In this document: piece after piece, positions 48,947-58,938 of the stretch
Layout of the letters: each line of letters begins with the position of its first letter
Numbering within the stretch: the first letter of the stretch is position 1
Source of the DNA: Occultella glacieicola
GTDB lineage: Bacteria > Actinomycetota > Actinomycetes > Actinomycetales > Beutenbergiaceae
Assembly (NCBI RefSeq): GCF_004353825.1
Contig: NZ_SMNA01000001.1
Span: 434,001 to 498,000 of the forward strand
Reading direction: 5' to 3'
DNA: 64,000 nt
Made by a program: the position numbers and the translations under genes
Notes under the pieces: generated by a model
Told to the model about the DNA's origin: nothing
What the model saw: the letters and a program-made list of their open reading frames with translations, nothing else
The model's database searches: none

Positions 48947-50680
48947 ATGTCCGGCCACGCGAGACCCGCGACGAGGCGCCCCGGCGGCCGCGCCGGCACC
49001 CTCCGGTGGGGCGGCGCGCTCGCCTGGGTGACGGCGGGTGCGATCCCGCTCGTCTTCCTCGGCGTGTTCTTCGCGTGGCCGGTCGCGACCCTGGTGGGAC
49101 GCGGGTTCGTCACCGACGGGGCGCTCGACCTCTCCGGCTTCGCGGAGGTCTTCGCCCGCCCGCGGACCTGGCGGATCATCCGGCTCACGCTCGTCCAGGC
49201 GCTGCTCGGCACCGCGGGTTCGGTGCTGCTCGGGCTGCCCGGCGCGTACGTGCTGTACCGGCGCACGTTCCGGGGCCGGGCCCTGGTGCGGGCGTTCGTC
49301 ACGGTGCCGTTCGTGCTGCCGACCGTGGTGGTGGGCGTCGCCTTCCGGTCACTGCTGACCGAGGGCGGGCCGCTCGGCTTCCTCGGGCTGGACGGGACCT
49401 TCACCGCGATCGTCCTGGCGCTCGTGTTCTTCAACTACACCGTGGTGGTCCGGACCGTCGGCGGTCTGTGGGAGCGGCTCGACCCGCGCACCGAGCAGGC
49501 CGCCCGGGCTCTCGGCGCACCGCCGTGGCGGGCGTTCCTGACCGTGACGCTGCCCGCCCTCACCCCGGCCATCGTGTCCGCGGCGTCCGTGGTCTTCCTG
49601 TTCTGCGCCACCGCGTTCGGGGTGGTCATGGTCCTCGGCGGCACCCGGTACGGCACCATCGAGACCGAGATCTGGGTCCAGACCACCCAGTTCCTGGACC
49701 TGCGCACGGCGGCCGTGCTGTCCGTGGTCCAGCTCGTCGTGGTCGGGATCTCACTGGCCCTGTTCTCCCGGGCCCGGGCCCGCCGCGAACGCGCGCTCGA
49801 CCTGCAGGGCGCCCGCCGCGACGAGCGGGCCGCGCAGCGGCTACGCCTCTGGGACGGACGCCGCCCCGGCGGTGACCTCTTTCCCACCATGGTGACCTCC
49901 GCCGTCGTCGGGGCCCTGCTCGCCCTACCCCTCGGGAACCTGCTCGTGCGCTCCCTGCGCACCCCGGACGGGTGGGGCCTGGGCAACTACGCGGCGCTCG
50001 GCACCACCGGCGGGGACAACGCGCTGACCGTCCCGGTCTGGGAGGCCGCCGCGAACTCGCTGCGGATCGCCGTGGACGCCACCCTCCTCGCCGTGCTGAT
50101 GGGCACCCTGGTCGCGCTCGTGGTATCCCGCCGGCCCCGCAACCCGGTGGGCAGGCGCGCGGTGTGGTGGCTGGACGCCGTGTTCATGCTGCCGCTGGGG
50201 GTGTCCGCGGTGACGGTGGGGTTCGGGTTCCTGATCACGCTGAACCACCCGCCGCTGGACCTGCGCAGTTCCGCGATCCTGATCCCGATCGCGCAGGCGG
50301 TGGTGGCGATCCCGCTCGTGGTGCGCACCGTGCTGCCGGTGCTCCGGGCGATCGACCCACACCTGCGGGAGGCGGCCGGCGTCCTCGGCGCGGCGCCCTG
50401 GCGGGTGCTGCTGACCGTGGACGGGCCGTTCCTGATCCGCTCCCTCGGGCTCGCGATCGGGTTCGCGTTCGCGGTCTCGCTCGGGGAGTTCGGGGCCACG
50501 TCGTTCCTGTCCCGCCCGGACCGGCCGACGCTCCCGGTGGTCATCTTCAGGCTGATCGGGCAGCCGGGACCGGAGAACTACGGGATGGCGCTCGCGGCGT
50601 CCGTGGTGCTGGCACTGCTCACCGCGACCATCATGGGTGTGGCCGAACGGCTGCGCCGCGAGGGCGCGGGGGAGTTCTGA
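48947..50680 (+). CDS. thiP: Thiamine ABC transporter permease
   Basis: Two permease halves with EAA loops (EQAARALGA, REAAGVLGA); ATG 48947. Confidence 0.9.
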   Translation: MSGHARPATRRPGGRAGTLRWGGALAWVTAGAIPLVFLGVFFAWPVATLVGRGFVTDGALDLSGFAEVFARPRTWRIIRLTLVQALLGTAGSVLLGLPGAYVLYRRTFRGRALVRAFVTVPFVLPTVVVGVAFRSLLTEGGPLGFLGLDGTFTAIVLALVFFNYTVVVRTVGGLWERLDPRTEQAARALGAPPWRAFLTVTLPALTPAIVSAASVVFLFCATAFGVVMVLGGTRYGTIETEIWVQTTQFLDLRTAAVLSVVQLVVVGISLALFSRARARRERALDLQGARRDERAAQRLRLWDGRRPGGDLFPTMVTSAVVGALLALPLGNLLVRSLRTPDGWGLGNYAALGTTGGDNALTVPVWEAAANSLRIAVDATLLAVLMGTLVALVVSRRPRNPVGRRAVWWLDAVFMLPLGVSAVTVGFGFLITLNHPPLDLRSSAILIPIAQAVVAIPLVVRTVLPVLRAIDPHLREAAGVLGAAPWRVLLTVDGPFLIRSLGLAIGFAFAVSLGEFGATSFLSRPDRPTLPVVIFRLIGQPGPENYGMALAASVVLALLTATIMGVAERLRREGAGEF

Positions 50681-51678
50681 TGGGTGGTCTGGGTATCGCC
50701 GGTGCCGTGGTCACCTATGCCGGGACGACGGCGGTGGCCGGGGTCGATCTGGACGTGGCGGTCGGTGAAGTGGTCGCCCTGCTCGGGCCCTCCGGGTGCG
50801 GCAAGTCCTCGCTGCTGCGCGCGGTCGCGGGCCTCGAGCCGCTCGCTGCCGGTCGGGTCGCGTGGGACGGGGCGGACCTGGCCGACGTCCCGGTGCACCG
50901 GCGAGGGTTCGGGCTGATGTTCCAGGACGGCCAGTTGTTCACGCACCGCGACGTCGCCGGGAACGTCGCCTACGGTCTCGAGATGGCCCGGGTGCCCGCG
51001 GCCGAGCGCCGGGACCTGGTGGACGAACTGTTGGAGCTGGTCGGCCTGGCGGGCTACCAGCGGCGCCCGGTGGCCACGCTGTCCGGAGGCGAGCAGCAGC
51101 GGGTCGCACTGGCCCGCTCGCTCGCGCCCCGACCCCGGCTGCTGCTCCTGGACGAGCCCCTCTCGGCCCTGGACCGGGCCCTGCGCGAACGCCTCGCCAG
51201 CGACCTGCACGACATCCTCCGGCGCGCCGGCACCACCTCCCTGTACGTCACCCACGACCACGACGAGGCCTTCACCGTCGCCGACCGGGTCGCCGTGATG
51301 CGCGCCGGGGAACTGGTCCAGGTGGGCACCCCAGCCGCGCTGTGGGCGGCCCCCGCCGACTCCGACGTCGCCGCGTTCCTGGGGTACCGGGTGGTCCGGG
51401 TTGGCGGTGGCGGGCGGCTCGGGCTCGGGCCGCAGGCGCTCCAGGTGGTCGGGGTCGTCGCCGCTTCCTCGCACACGCCCGGCCCGCCCGGCTCGAACGA
51501 TGACGGCGACCTGACCGGGCGAGTCACCGCCGTCGGATTCTCGCGCGGGCGCACGACCGTGACGGTGGACCTGCCCGACTGGGGCGAACAGCGCGCCGTC
51601 GCCGCCGGCGTCGCCGCGATCGAGACCGGTGACCTGGTGCGGCTGCGCCTGGACCCGGCCGGCCTCGTCGACCTCTGA
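50680..51678 (+). CDS. thiQ: Thiamine ABC transporter ATP-binding protein
   Basis: GPSGCGKS, LSGGEQQR, LLLDEP; ATG 50680. Confidence 0.88.
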   Translation: MGGLGIAGAVVTYAGTTAVAGVDLDVAVGEVVALLGPSGCGKSSLLRAVAGLEPLAAGRVAWDGADLADVPVHRRGFGLMFQDGQLFTHRDVAGNVAYGLEMARVPAAERRDLVDELLELVGLAGYQRRPVATLSGGEQQRVALARSLAPRPRLLLLDEPLSALDRALRERLASDLHDILRRAGTTSLYVTHDHDEAFTVADRVAVMRAGELVQVGTPAALWAAPADSDVAAFLGYRVVRVGGGGRLGLGPQALQVVGVVAASSHTPGPPGSNDDGDLTGRVTAVGFSRGRTTVTVDLPDWGEQRAVAAGVAAIETGDLVRLRLDPAGLVDL

Positions 51679-51910
51679 CCTGCCCAAGGACATGGCGCGG
51701 ACGCACCCGCGTCCAGGCCCGGGCTGCGCGCCGAGCGAGCGGCAGTGGCCAGACCTGCTCTTCCGCGTGTAGCGGCGGCGGGCGTTCTGGCCCGGGTCGG
51801 CTGAGCGTGCGGAAGTGGCAGCCATAACGGCACTCTCGATCGCGCGGCTGGACGCTGGTGGCGTGGCTCACGGGAATACCGCTGGCGCTCTCGCGTTGCT
51901 GGGAGTACGA

Positions 51911-51928
51911 TACTTGAAGAGTCAACTA
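51911..51928. promoter_or_regulatory. Palindromic operator upstream of VOC gene
   Basis: TACTTGAAGAGTCAACTA (TTGA-N4-TCAA) in an AT-rich patch just before the SD. Confidence 0.45.
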
Positions 51929-51944
51929 ATAAGGAGCCGGAGAC

Positions 51945-52826
51945 ATGGCCACGATCGCCCACCACGATCAACTCGCACAGGACACCGCCATGGGCGTCGT
52001 GGACCTCATGGTCCGCGACCTCGACGCGATGATCGCCTACTACTCGACCGGCGTCGGCCTCGACGTGATCGCCCACGAGGGCCCCAGCGCCATCCTCGGC
52101 CGCGGGACCACGCCAATCATGCACCTGCGCCAGGAGAAGGACCTGCCCGAGTTCAACCGGCGCGACGCCGGCCTGTTCCACACCGCGATCCTGTTCGACA
52201 CCCAGGCCGGGCTCGCCGGTTCGGTGAACTCAACGGCCCGGTTCGCACCGCGCAGCTTCACCGGGTCCTCCGATCACCTGGTCTCGGAGGCGTTCTACTT
52301 CGACGACCCCGAGGGCAACGGCGTCGAGCTGTACTGGGACCGCCCGCGTGAGGTGTGGACCCGCACCGCAGGCGGTGGCGTGCAGATGGCGACCCTGCCG
52401 CTCGACCCGAACGCGTACCTGCGCGACCACCTCACCGACCAGGCGCTGACCAAGCCGGAGCTCGCCGTCGCGAACATCGGACACGTGCACCTGCAGGTCG
52501 GTGACATCGACGTCGCCGAGCAGTTCTATGTCGGCGTGCTCGGCTTCGACGTGATGGCCCGGTTCGGCGCCCAGGCGCTGTTCGTTGCCGCCGGCGGCTA
52601 CCACCACCACATCGGCATGAACACCTGGAACAGCGCCGGCGCCGGCCCGCGGGCCGCCTCGCTCGGCCTCGGCCAGGTCAGCATCGAGGTGCCGACCACC
52701 GACGACCTGGACGCGCTCGCCGCCCGCCTGGCCGCGCAGGGGATCGAACGCCGCCACGACGGTGCCGTGCTCCGGTTCGACGACCCGTGGAAGACCCTCG
52801 TCGAGGTTCGCCCCACCGCCGTCTGA
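51945..52826 (+). CDS. VOC family protein (CatE-like glyoxalase/dioxygenase)
   Basis: GLFHTAIL, DHLVSEAFYFDDPEGNGVELYWDRP, IGHVHLQV, GGYHHHIGMNTW. Confidence 0.92.
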   Translation: MATIAHHDQLAQDTAMGVVDLMVRDLDAMIAYYSTGVGLDVIAHEGPSAILGRGTTPIMHLRQEKDLPEFNRRDAGLFHTAILFDTQAGLAGSVNSTARFAPRSFTGSSDHLVSEAFYFDDPEGNGVELYWDRPREVWTRTAGGGVQMATLPLDPNAYLRDHLTDQALTKPELAVANIGHVHLQVGDIDVAEQFYVGVLGFDVMARFGAQALFVAAGGYHHHIGMNTWNSAGAGPRAASLGLGQVSIEVPTTDDLDALAARLAAQGIERRHDGAVLRFDDPWKTLVEVRPTAV

Positions 52827-52924
52827 CCGGAGCCTGGCGGCACCGCCGGGCCCGTCCGATCCTGACCCCAAATGGTGCCCGAAAGGGCGTATCGGCGGTC
52901 CGGGCGGGACGCTCATCATGTGCT

Positions 52925-54415
52925 ATGAGCCATGGAGACGCAGACGCAGGAGTGATGACGCCCCGGTCCCAGTTCTACGACCAGGGCAAGTTCGGCAGGT
53001 TGTTCCCCACCCTGCCCCCGTTCGCCTCGGACACCCCACTCATCCGGGACGCGCTGACCGACCTCGGCGCGCCCGGTGGGCCGATGGATGCCGGTGATCT
53101 GGTGACCGACCCGATCGCGTCGATCACCGACCCGGTCCTGAGCGAACACAACCCGGACAACCCGACGATGACGGCGGGGATGACCTTCCTCGGTCAGTTC
53201 CTCGACCATGACATGACGTTCGACCCGACTTCCAGCCTGGCCCGTCGGCAGGACCCCGAGTCGATCCGCAACTTCCGGATCCCCGCCCTGGATCTGGACA
53301 GCGTCTACGGCGGTGGGCCGGGGGTCTCGCCGCACCTGTACGACCGCTGGGTCGACCGTGGCCAGACCACCTTCCTCGTCGACCCGATCCCGGGCTGCGA
53401 GCCGTTCAGCGTGGACGGCACCACCCGCTACGACGTTCCGCGCAACGCCCAGAACACCGCCATCCTGGGCGACCCGCGCAACGACGAGAACCTGATCGTC
53501 GACCAGTTGCACCTGGCGATGCTCAAGTTCCACAACGCCGTGGTCGCGGACGTGCGGGACGAACTCGGCAGCGCCTACTCCGCCGAGGACGTGTTCGCCG
53601 AGGCGCATCGTGAGGTGCGCTGGCACTACCAGTGGATGGTGCTGCACGAGTTCCTGCCGCTGACGATCGGCGCGGACCTGTGCACCGACATCCTCACGAA
53701 CGGGCGCAAGCACTACAGCTGGCGCAACTCGCCGTACATCCCGGTGGAATTCTCGGTCGCTGCCTACCGGTTCGGGCATTCGCAGGTGCGGCCCACCTAC
53801 CGCGCGAACTTCGGGACCAGCGCCATCGACACCGCCCAGCAGTTCTTCGCGCCGATCTTCGACCCCGCCAGCACCTCCGACGATCCGGACGACCTGCGCG
53901 GTGGGTGCCGTGCGCCACGGCGGTTCATCGACTGGCAGACGTTCTTCGACTTCGGCGATGGCCGGGCGCGGCGTAACAAGAAGATCGACACGACACTCTC
54001 GACGGCCCTGTTCGCGCTCATGGGTCAGACCCCCGGACAGTCGACCTCGCTCGCCGCCCGGAACCTGCTGCGCGGCCTGACCATGCAGGTGCCGTCCGGG
54101 CAACGGGTCGCGAAGGCCATGAACTTGCCGCTGCTCGATCCCGCCGACCTGGCGGACGTGGAGGCCACGGCGCTGAAGGGACGCACGCCGCTGTGGTTCT
54201 ACATCCTGCGGGAGGCGGACGTGGTGGCCGACGGTGTGCATCTGGGGCCGGTAGGCGGACGGATCGTCGGTGAGGTGTTCACCGGGCTGATCGAGGGTGA
54301 CGCGAACTCCTATCTCAGCCAGGACCCGGAGTGGCTGCCGCGATACGGCACCGGGGACGGGTTCACGATGGTGGACCTGCTCACCAAGGCGGGGGTGGTC
54401 GCCGCGCTCGCCTGA
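52925..54415 (+). CDS. Heme peroxidase (peroxidase-cyclooxygenase superfamily)
   Basis: GQFLDHD, LDLDSVYG, GDPRNDEN, AYRFGHSQV, PLWFYILREA. Confidence 0.9.
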   Translation: MSHGDADAGVMTPRSQFYDQGKFGRLFPTLPPFASDTPLIRDALTDLGAPGGPMDAGDLVTDPIASITDPVLSEHNPDNPTMTAGMTFLGQFLDHDMTFDPTSSLARRQDPESIRNFRIPALDLDSVYGGGPGVSPHLYDRWVDRGQTTFLVDPIPGCEPFSVDGTTRYDVPRNAQNTAILGDPRNDENLIVDQLHLAMLKFHNAVVADVRDELGSAYSAEDVFAEAHREVRWHYQWMVLHEFLPLTIGADLCTDILTNGRKHYSWRNSPYIPVEFSVAAYRFGHSQVRPTYRANFGTSAIDTAQQFFAPIFDPASTSDDPDDLRGGCRAPRRFIDWQTFFDFGDGRARRNKKIDTTLSTALFALMGQTPGQSTSLAARNLLRGLTMQVPSGQRVAKAMNLPLLDPADLADVEATALKGRTPLWFYILREADVVADGVHLGPVGGRIVGEVFTGLIEGDANSYLSQDPEWLPRYGTGDGFTMVDLLTKAGVVAALA

Positions 54416-54464
54416 CCCGCCCTGTGCCTGAGACGGAGGCGGACCCACCTGAGATGCTGGGGCC

Positions 54465-55442
54465 ATGACGAACCTCGAGGTGCGGCCGACCGAGACGCTC
54501 GCGACGCCGTCGGGCACCTGTGAATCGCGGTTCGAGGTGTTCGACGCCCGGGAGGTCCCGCTCGGCGGGATCCGCGGCATCCTGGTGCGCCGGACCCTAC
54601 CCCAGCGAGCCCTGCCGACCGTCGGCGGGTGGTGCTTCCTGGACCAGTTCGGGCCGTCCACCGATGTGCCCATGGAGGTACTGCCGCACCCGCATACCGG
54701 GCTGCAGACCGTGACCTGGCCGATGTCCGGCGAGATCCACCACCGCGACAGCCTCGGCAACGACGTCTGGGTCCGGCCCGGCGAGCTGAACCTGATGACC
54801 TCCGGGCGGAACATCTCGCACTCGGAGTTCTCCGAGCCGGGGGAGCTGCTCGGGCTGCAGTTCTGGGCGGCACTGCCGAGCGGGGCCGCCGAGGGCGAGC
54901 CCTCCTTCCAGCAGGTGAGGGACCTGCCAGTGCTGGAGGCCGACGGCGTCCGGATCATCGTGTTCGTCGGTTGCCTCGGCGGGGTGGTATCGCCGGCGGT
55001 CGTGCACACGCCGCTGCTCGGCGCGGACGCCGCGTTCGGCTCCGGAGCGCGCTCCACCCTCGCACTCCGCCCGGACTTCGAGCACGCGGTCCTGGTGATC
55101 TCCGGCAGCCTTGTGGTCGACGGCCGTGACCTCGAGCCCGGACCGCTCGCCTACCTCGGTGCCGGCCGGTCCGACCTCACGCTCGCGGCCGGACCCGACG
55201 GCGCCCGGTTCGTCCTGCTCGGCGGCACGCCGTTCGAGGAGGACCTGGTGATGTTCTGGAACTTCGTGGGCCGCTCCCACGAGGAGGTCGCCGCCGCCCG
55301 GGCGGACTGGCAGGCGGATGCCGACCTGCCGCCGGAGCAGCGCCGGTTCGGGTTCGTGGCCGGCCACGGTGAGCAGCGCATCCCGTCACCGGACCTGCCG
55401 AACGTGCGGCTGTCCCCCCGGCGACGCCGCCCCGCCAGTTAG
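54465..55442 (+). CDS. Pirin family protein
   Basis: PHPHTGLQTVTW, HRDSLG, NLMTSG..ISHSE, WNFV. Confidence 0.93.
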   Translation: MTNLEVRPTETLATPSGTCESRFEVFDAREVPLGGIRGILVRRTLPQRALPTVGGWCFLDQFGPSTDVPMEVLPHPHTGLQTVTWPMSGEIHHRDSLGNDVWVRPGELNLMTSGRNISHSEFSEPGELLGLQFWAALPSGAAEGEPSFQQVRDLPVLEADGVRIIVFVGCLGGVVSPAVVHTPLLGADAAFGSGARSTLALRPDFEHAVLVISGSLVVDGRDLEPGPLAYLGAGRSDLTLAAGPDGARFVLLGGTPFEEDLVMFWNFVGRSHEEVAAARADWQADADLPPEQRRFGFVAGHGEQRIPSPDLPNVRLSPRRRRPAS

Positions 55443-55450
55443 CCCAGGGC

Positions 55451-55531
55451 AGCGCTGACATAGCACCTCCTACCCTGAGATCGCACCGTCGCGCGGTGCG
55501 ATCTCAGAGTGGGAGGTGCTATGTCAGCGCT
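55451..55531. repeat. Long inverted repeat (38-bp arms, 36/38) between convergent genes
   Basis: AGCGCTGACATAGCACCTCCTACCCTGAGATCGCACCG, 5-nt loop, near-perfect reverse complement. Confidence 0.9.
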
Positions 55532-55551
55532 TTGGGGGGAGGCGGGTCGGG

Positions 55552-56670
55552 TCAGAGGGCGAGCTGCCAGGCCGCCCAGACGCTGGCCTGGCGGAAGCCC
55601 AGAGCCACGTTGATGTCGAGCATGTAGTTGTTCTCCTCGGCGTTCCAGGTGTGCACCCGGCGAGCGGCGGGGACCTCGCGGGCGATCAGCTCGAGGTTCG
55701 CGGCCTTGACCAGCATGCCCAGGCGCTTGCCCCGGTGCTCGGCCAGCACCAGGGTGTTCTCCTGGTAGAGCACGTCCGGCTTGCCCGGTGCGGTCTCGAT
55801 CTCGGTGTAGCCGGCGAGGGTTCCGGTCGGGACGTGACGGGCGGCCGTGGTGTAGGTCATCTTGCCCATCGCGGCCCGGACGGAGTCGAGGTTGGCGACC
55901 CGGTCGGCGTCCCACACCTCCTCCTGCAGGTCGAGGCCGGCGGACGGGGCGTCCGTGCTCATCCGGGTCTGCAGCACGCAGTATTGCTCGACCCACTCCT
56001 GAGGTACCGGGCCCATCCAGGTGACCAGGTCGTAGTCCGACCCGGCCTTCGCCCGCGCCTGCTGCCGGAACCGGACCAGCGTGTCCGGGTCCACGGGCAG
56101 CGGCAACTGCGAGTGGCGTTCCACCTGCTCCAGTGCGAAACCGCGGGCCAGTGCGAACCGGGCCCCCGGGGTGCTGCCGTCGAAGCGGCCGGTCCCGGTC
56201 GGCGGGACCAGAGCGTCGGGGGACGCGGCGTCCGGCTCGGTGGTGATGCCGGCGTCGGCCATCACCTTGGTGCGGCCGGCCCCGCGGGCGATCGCGACGG
56301 CGGCGTCCCAGAGCTGAGCGCCGAGTCCGTGCCGCCGCGCCGTGGCGAGGACCTCGACCTCGATGAACGCCATGTGGGTGTTGTCCTTCAGCGGCAGGTA
56401 GACCCAGGCGGCGCCGAGGACGGAGTCGGGGTCGCCGTCGGCGGTGTTGGCGTCGAGGCCGACGAGCAGGTGCTTGCGAGCCGTCTTCTGGTTCGCGCGG
56501 GAGGCGGTGATGGTCTCGGCGGAGTCGGCCAGGTCGGTGTTGCCGAGGATCTCGAGCACGCCGGCGGCACTGACGGCGGTGGCGCCGCGCACCCGCCAGT
56601 CGGGGGCTTCATCGGATCGGGCGGGCGTCGGTGCCTCGCTGATCCGGAACGTGGTGGCGATCGTGTCCAT
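55552..56670 (-). CDS. Tandem GNAT family N-acetyltransferase
   Basis: ARRHGLG and HRGKRLG CoA motifs, TWNAEENNYMLDINVALGF; ATG 56670. Confidence 0.88.
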   Translation of the reverse strand: MDTIATTFRISEAPTPARSDEAPDWRVRGATAVSAAGVLEILGNTDLADSAETITASRANQKTARKHLLVGLDANTADGDPDSVLGAAWVYLPLKDNTHMAFIEVEVLATARRHGLGAQLWDAAVAIARGAGRTKVMADAGITTEPDAASPDALVPPTGTGRFDGSTPGARFALARGFALEQVERHSQLPLPVDPDTLVRFRQQARAKAGSDYDLVTWMGPVPQEWVEQYCVLQTRMSTDAPSAGLDLQEEVWDADRVANLDSVRAAMGKMTYTTAARHVPTGTLAGYTEIETAPGKPDVLYQENTLVLAEHRGKRLGMLVKAANLELIAREVPAARRVHTWNAEENNYMLDINVALGFRQASVWAAWQLAL

Positions 56671-56875
56671 GACCTCAGGGTGATCCCGCACCGGGCCGGT
56701 GCGCCAGACATTTACCCGCCCGACGGCGGCCGCCCTCGGGGGCAGTTCTGCCCGTGGGCGGCGTCCGCTGCGCGCGGCGCGCGTTGTTACGCTGCTGGAC
56801 GTTTGCCAGTACCGGCGCACGACCGGCCCAGCGCCGGTCGAACCGCCGGTCGATCACCACCGACAGGAGGACCAC

Positions 56876-57571
56876 ATGGACGGGAACGGCTTCTTCCCGG
56901 GAGGCATCTGGATCCTGTTCGTGGTGATCTTCGCGGTGCTCGCGATCATCGGCTGGCGGGCGAACAAGAAGCGCCAGGAACGGCTCCGGGCGTTCGCCGC
57001 CCAGCGTGGATGGGTCTACACGGCGAACGTGCCCACCCTCGTGAACCGGTGGCAGAGCCCGCCGTTCCGGCAGGGCAGCTCCCGGCGGGCCAGCGAGGTC
57101 CTCACCGGGACCTTCCACGGTGAGCAGATCTCCAGCTTCACCTACACGTACACGACCGGCAGCGGGAAGAACAGGACCACGCACCACTACCACGTGGTGT
57201 CCCTGCATCTACCGACGGCCCTGCCCGGACTCCAGCTGACCCCGGAGGGCGCGGGTACCGCGATCGCGAAGTTCTTCGGCGGCCAGGACATCGAGTTCGA
57301 GTCCGCGGCCTTCAACGACGCCTGGCGGGTGAGGGCCTCCTCCGCCCGGTTCGCCTACGACTTCATACACCCACGGATGATGGAGCGTCTGCTCCAGGGG
57401 GACGCGGTCGGTCGGTCCATCACCGTGGAGGGGGAGGACATCTACCTCTGGGCCAACGGCCGGCAGCAACTCGCCTACATCGACGCGTACCTGAACCTGC
57501 TGTACGGGATCGTCGACCGGGTCCCCCGGCACCTGTGGCTCAACGTGGGCCACGACCCGCTCGCGGAGTAG
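56876..57571 (+). CDS. Membrane-anchored hypothetical protein (DUF3137-like), copy 1
   Basis: SD AGGAGG, N-terminal TM, QDIEFESAAFN, HPRMMERLL. Confidence 0.75.
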   Translation: MDGNGFFPGGIWILFVVIFAVLAIIGWRANKKRQERLRAFAAQRGWVYTANVPTLVNRWQSPPFRQGSSRRASEVLTGTFHGEQISSFTYTYTTGSGKNRTTHHYHVVSLHLPTALPGLQLTPEGAGTAIAKFFGGQDIEFESAAFNDAWRVRASSARFAYDFIHPRMMERLLQGDAVGRSITVEGEDIYLWANGRQQLAYIDAYLNLLYGIVDRVPRHLWLNVGHDPLAE

Positions 57572-57573
57572 CG

Positions 57574-58296
57574 GTGGACCTGACCCCCGCATTGGCAGCC
57601 TTCGCCATCGTGGCCCTGGTGTTCGGCGGCGTGGTCGCGGCCGTGGTCGGCCTGGTGCTGCTGGTCCGGCGCGCGAACCGCCGCCGGCGGGCCGCGAACG
57701 CACACTGGGCCGCCTCGCGCGGCTGGCGCTACGACCCCCAGGTGCACGGCCTGGAGCGCCGCTGGCAGAGCCCGCCGTTCGGGCAGGGCAGCAGGCGCAG
57801 TGCGACCGACGTCTTCACGGGCCTGTTCCACGGCCGGCAGGCCCTCAGCTTCACCTACACCTACGTCACGAGCAGCGGCGAGAACAGCACCACGCACCAC
57901 CACCACGTGCTCGCGTTGCAACTGCCGGTCCCGCTGCCGTGGCTGCAGCTCAGCCCGGACGGCGCGGGCTCATCGATCGCCAAGTTCTTCGGTGGCCAGG
58001 ACATCGAGTTCGAGTCGGCGGCCTTCAACGAGGTGTGGCGGATCCAGGGCCCGCCGGGCCAGTACCCGTTCGACTTCATCCACCCGCGTCTGATGGAGCG
58101 CCTGCTGGCGCCGGACGCGGTCGGCCGGCACATCACCGTCGAAGGGCGCGACCTCCTGTTGTGGGTCCACGGGGCGCAGCAGATCCAGAACATCGACCCC
58201 TACCTGAACCTCCTCTACGGGATCGTCGAGGCGATCCCCCGGCACCTGTGGCTGAACATGGGGTACGACCCGCTGGCCGGAGTGGTCGACGCCTGA
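57574..58296 (+). CDS. Membrane-anchored hypothetical protein (DUF3137-like), copy 2
   Basis: GTG 57574; clear paralog of the preceding gene. Confidence 0.75.
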   Translation: MDLTPALAAFAIVALVFGGVVAAVVGLVLLVRRANRRRRAANAHWAASRGWRYDPQVHGLERRWQSPPFGQGSRRSATDVFTGLFHGRQALSFTYTYVTSSGENSTTHHHHVLALQLPVPLPWLQLSPDGAGSSIAKFFGGQDIEFESAAFNEVWRIQGPPGQYPFDFIHPRLMERLLAPDAVGRHITVEGRDLLLWVHGAQQIQNIDPYLNLLYGIVEAIPRHLWLNMGYDPLAGVVDA

Positions 58297-58938
58297 TCAG
58301 CGGCGGATCAGTCCACGACGGCGTGCGGCGGCGGTTGCCGCGGTCCGCGAGTCCACGCCGAGCTTGGTGAAGATGTGCACCAGGTGGGACTTCACGGTCG
58401 CCTCGGAGATGAACAGTTCCCGGGCGATCTGCTGGTTCGAGCGCCCGTCCGCCACCAACGTGAGGACCTGCGTCTCGCGCCGGGACAGCGACTGGTCCGG
58501 GGTGCGCATCCGGTCCATCAGCCGCAGGGCGACGGCGGGCGCCAGCGCGGACTGCCCGGCCGCCGCGGTCCGGACCGCGGCGAGCAGCTCGTCCGGCGGC
58601 GCGTCCTTGAGCAGGTACCCCGAGGCGCCCGCCTCGACCGCCGCGAGGATGTCCGCGTCGGTGTCGTAAGTGGTCAGGATGAGCACCCGGGGGGCCGCCG
58701 ACAGCGCGGTGATCCGGGCGGTCGCGTCCACGCCGGCCATCTCGCGACCGAACTGCAGGTCCATCAGCACCACGTCGAGGCCGGGTGGCTGGGCCGACGT
58801 CAGGTCGACGGCTGTTCGCACCGCCTCGTCGGCGGTGCCGGCCTGGGCGACCACGCGCAGGTCCGGCTCGGTCTCCAGGACGGCCCTCAGCCCGGCGCGC
58901 ACCACCGGGTGGTCGTCCGCGAGCAGGATGGTGATCAT
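58297..58938 (-). CDS. NarL/LuxR-type response regulator (ChrA-like)
   Basis: LADDHPVVR, DVVLMDL, GYLLKD, HTH ISEATVKSHL; ATG 58938. Confidence 0.93.
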   Translation of the reverse strand: MITILLADDHPVVRAGLRAVLETEPDLRVVAQAGTADEAVRTAVDLTSAQPPGLDVVLMDLQFGREMAGVDATARITALSAAPRVLILTTYDTDADILAAVEAGASGYLLKDAPPDELLAAVRTAAAGQSALAPAVALRLMDRMRTPDQSLSRRETQVLTLVADGRSNQQIARELFISEATVKSHLVHIFTKLGVDSRTAATAAARRRGLIRR

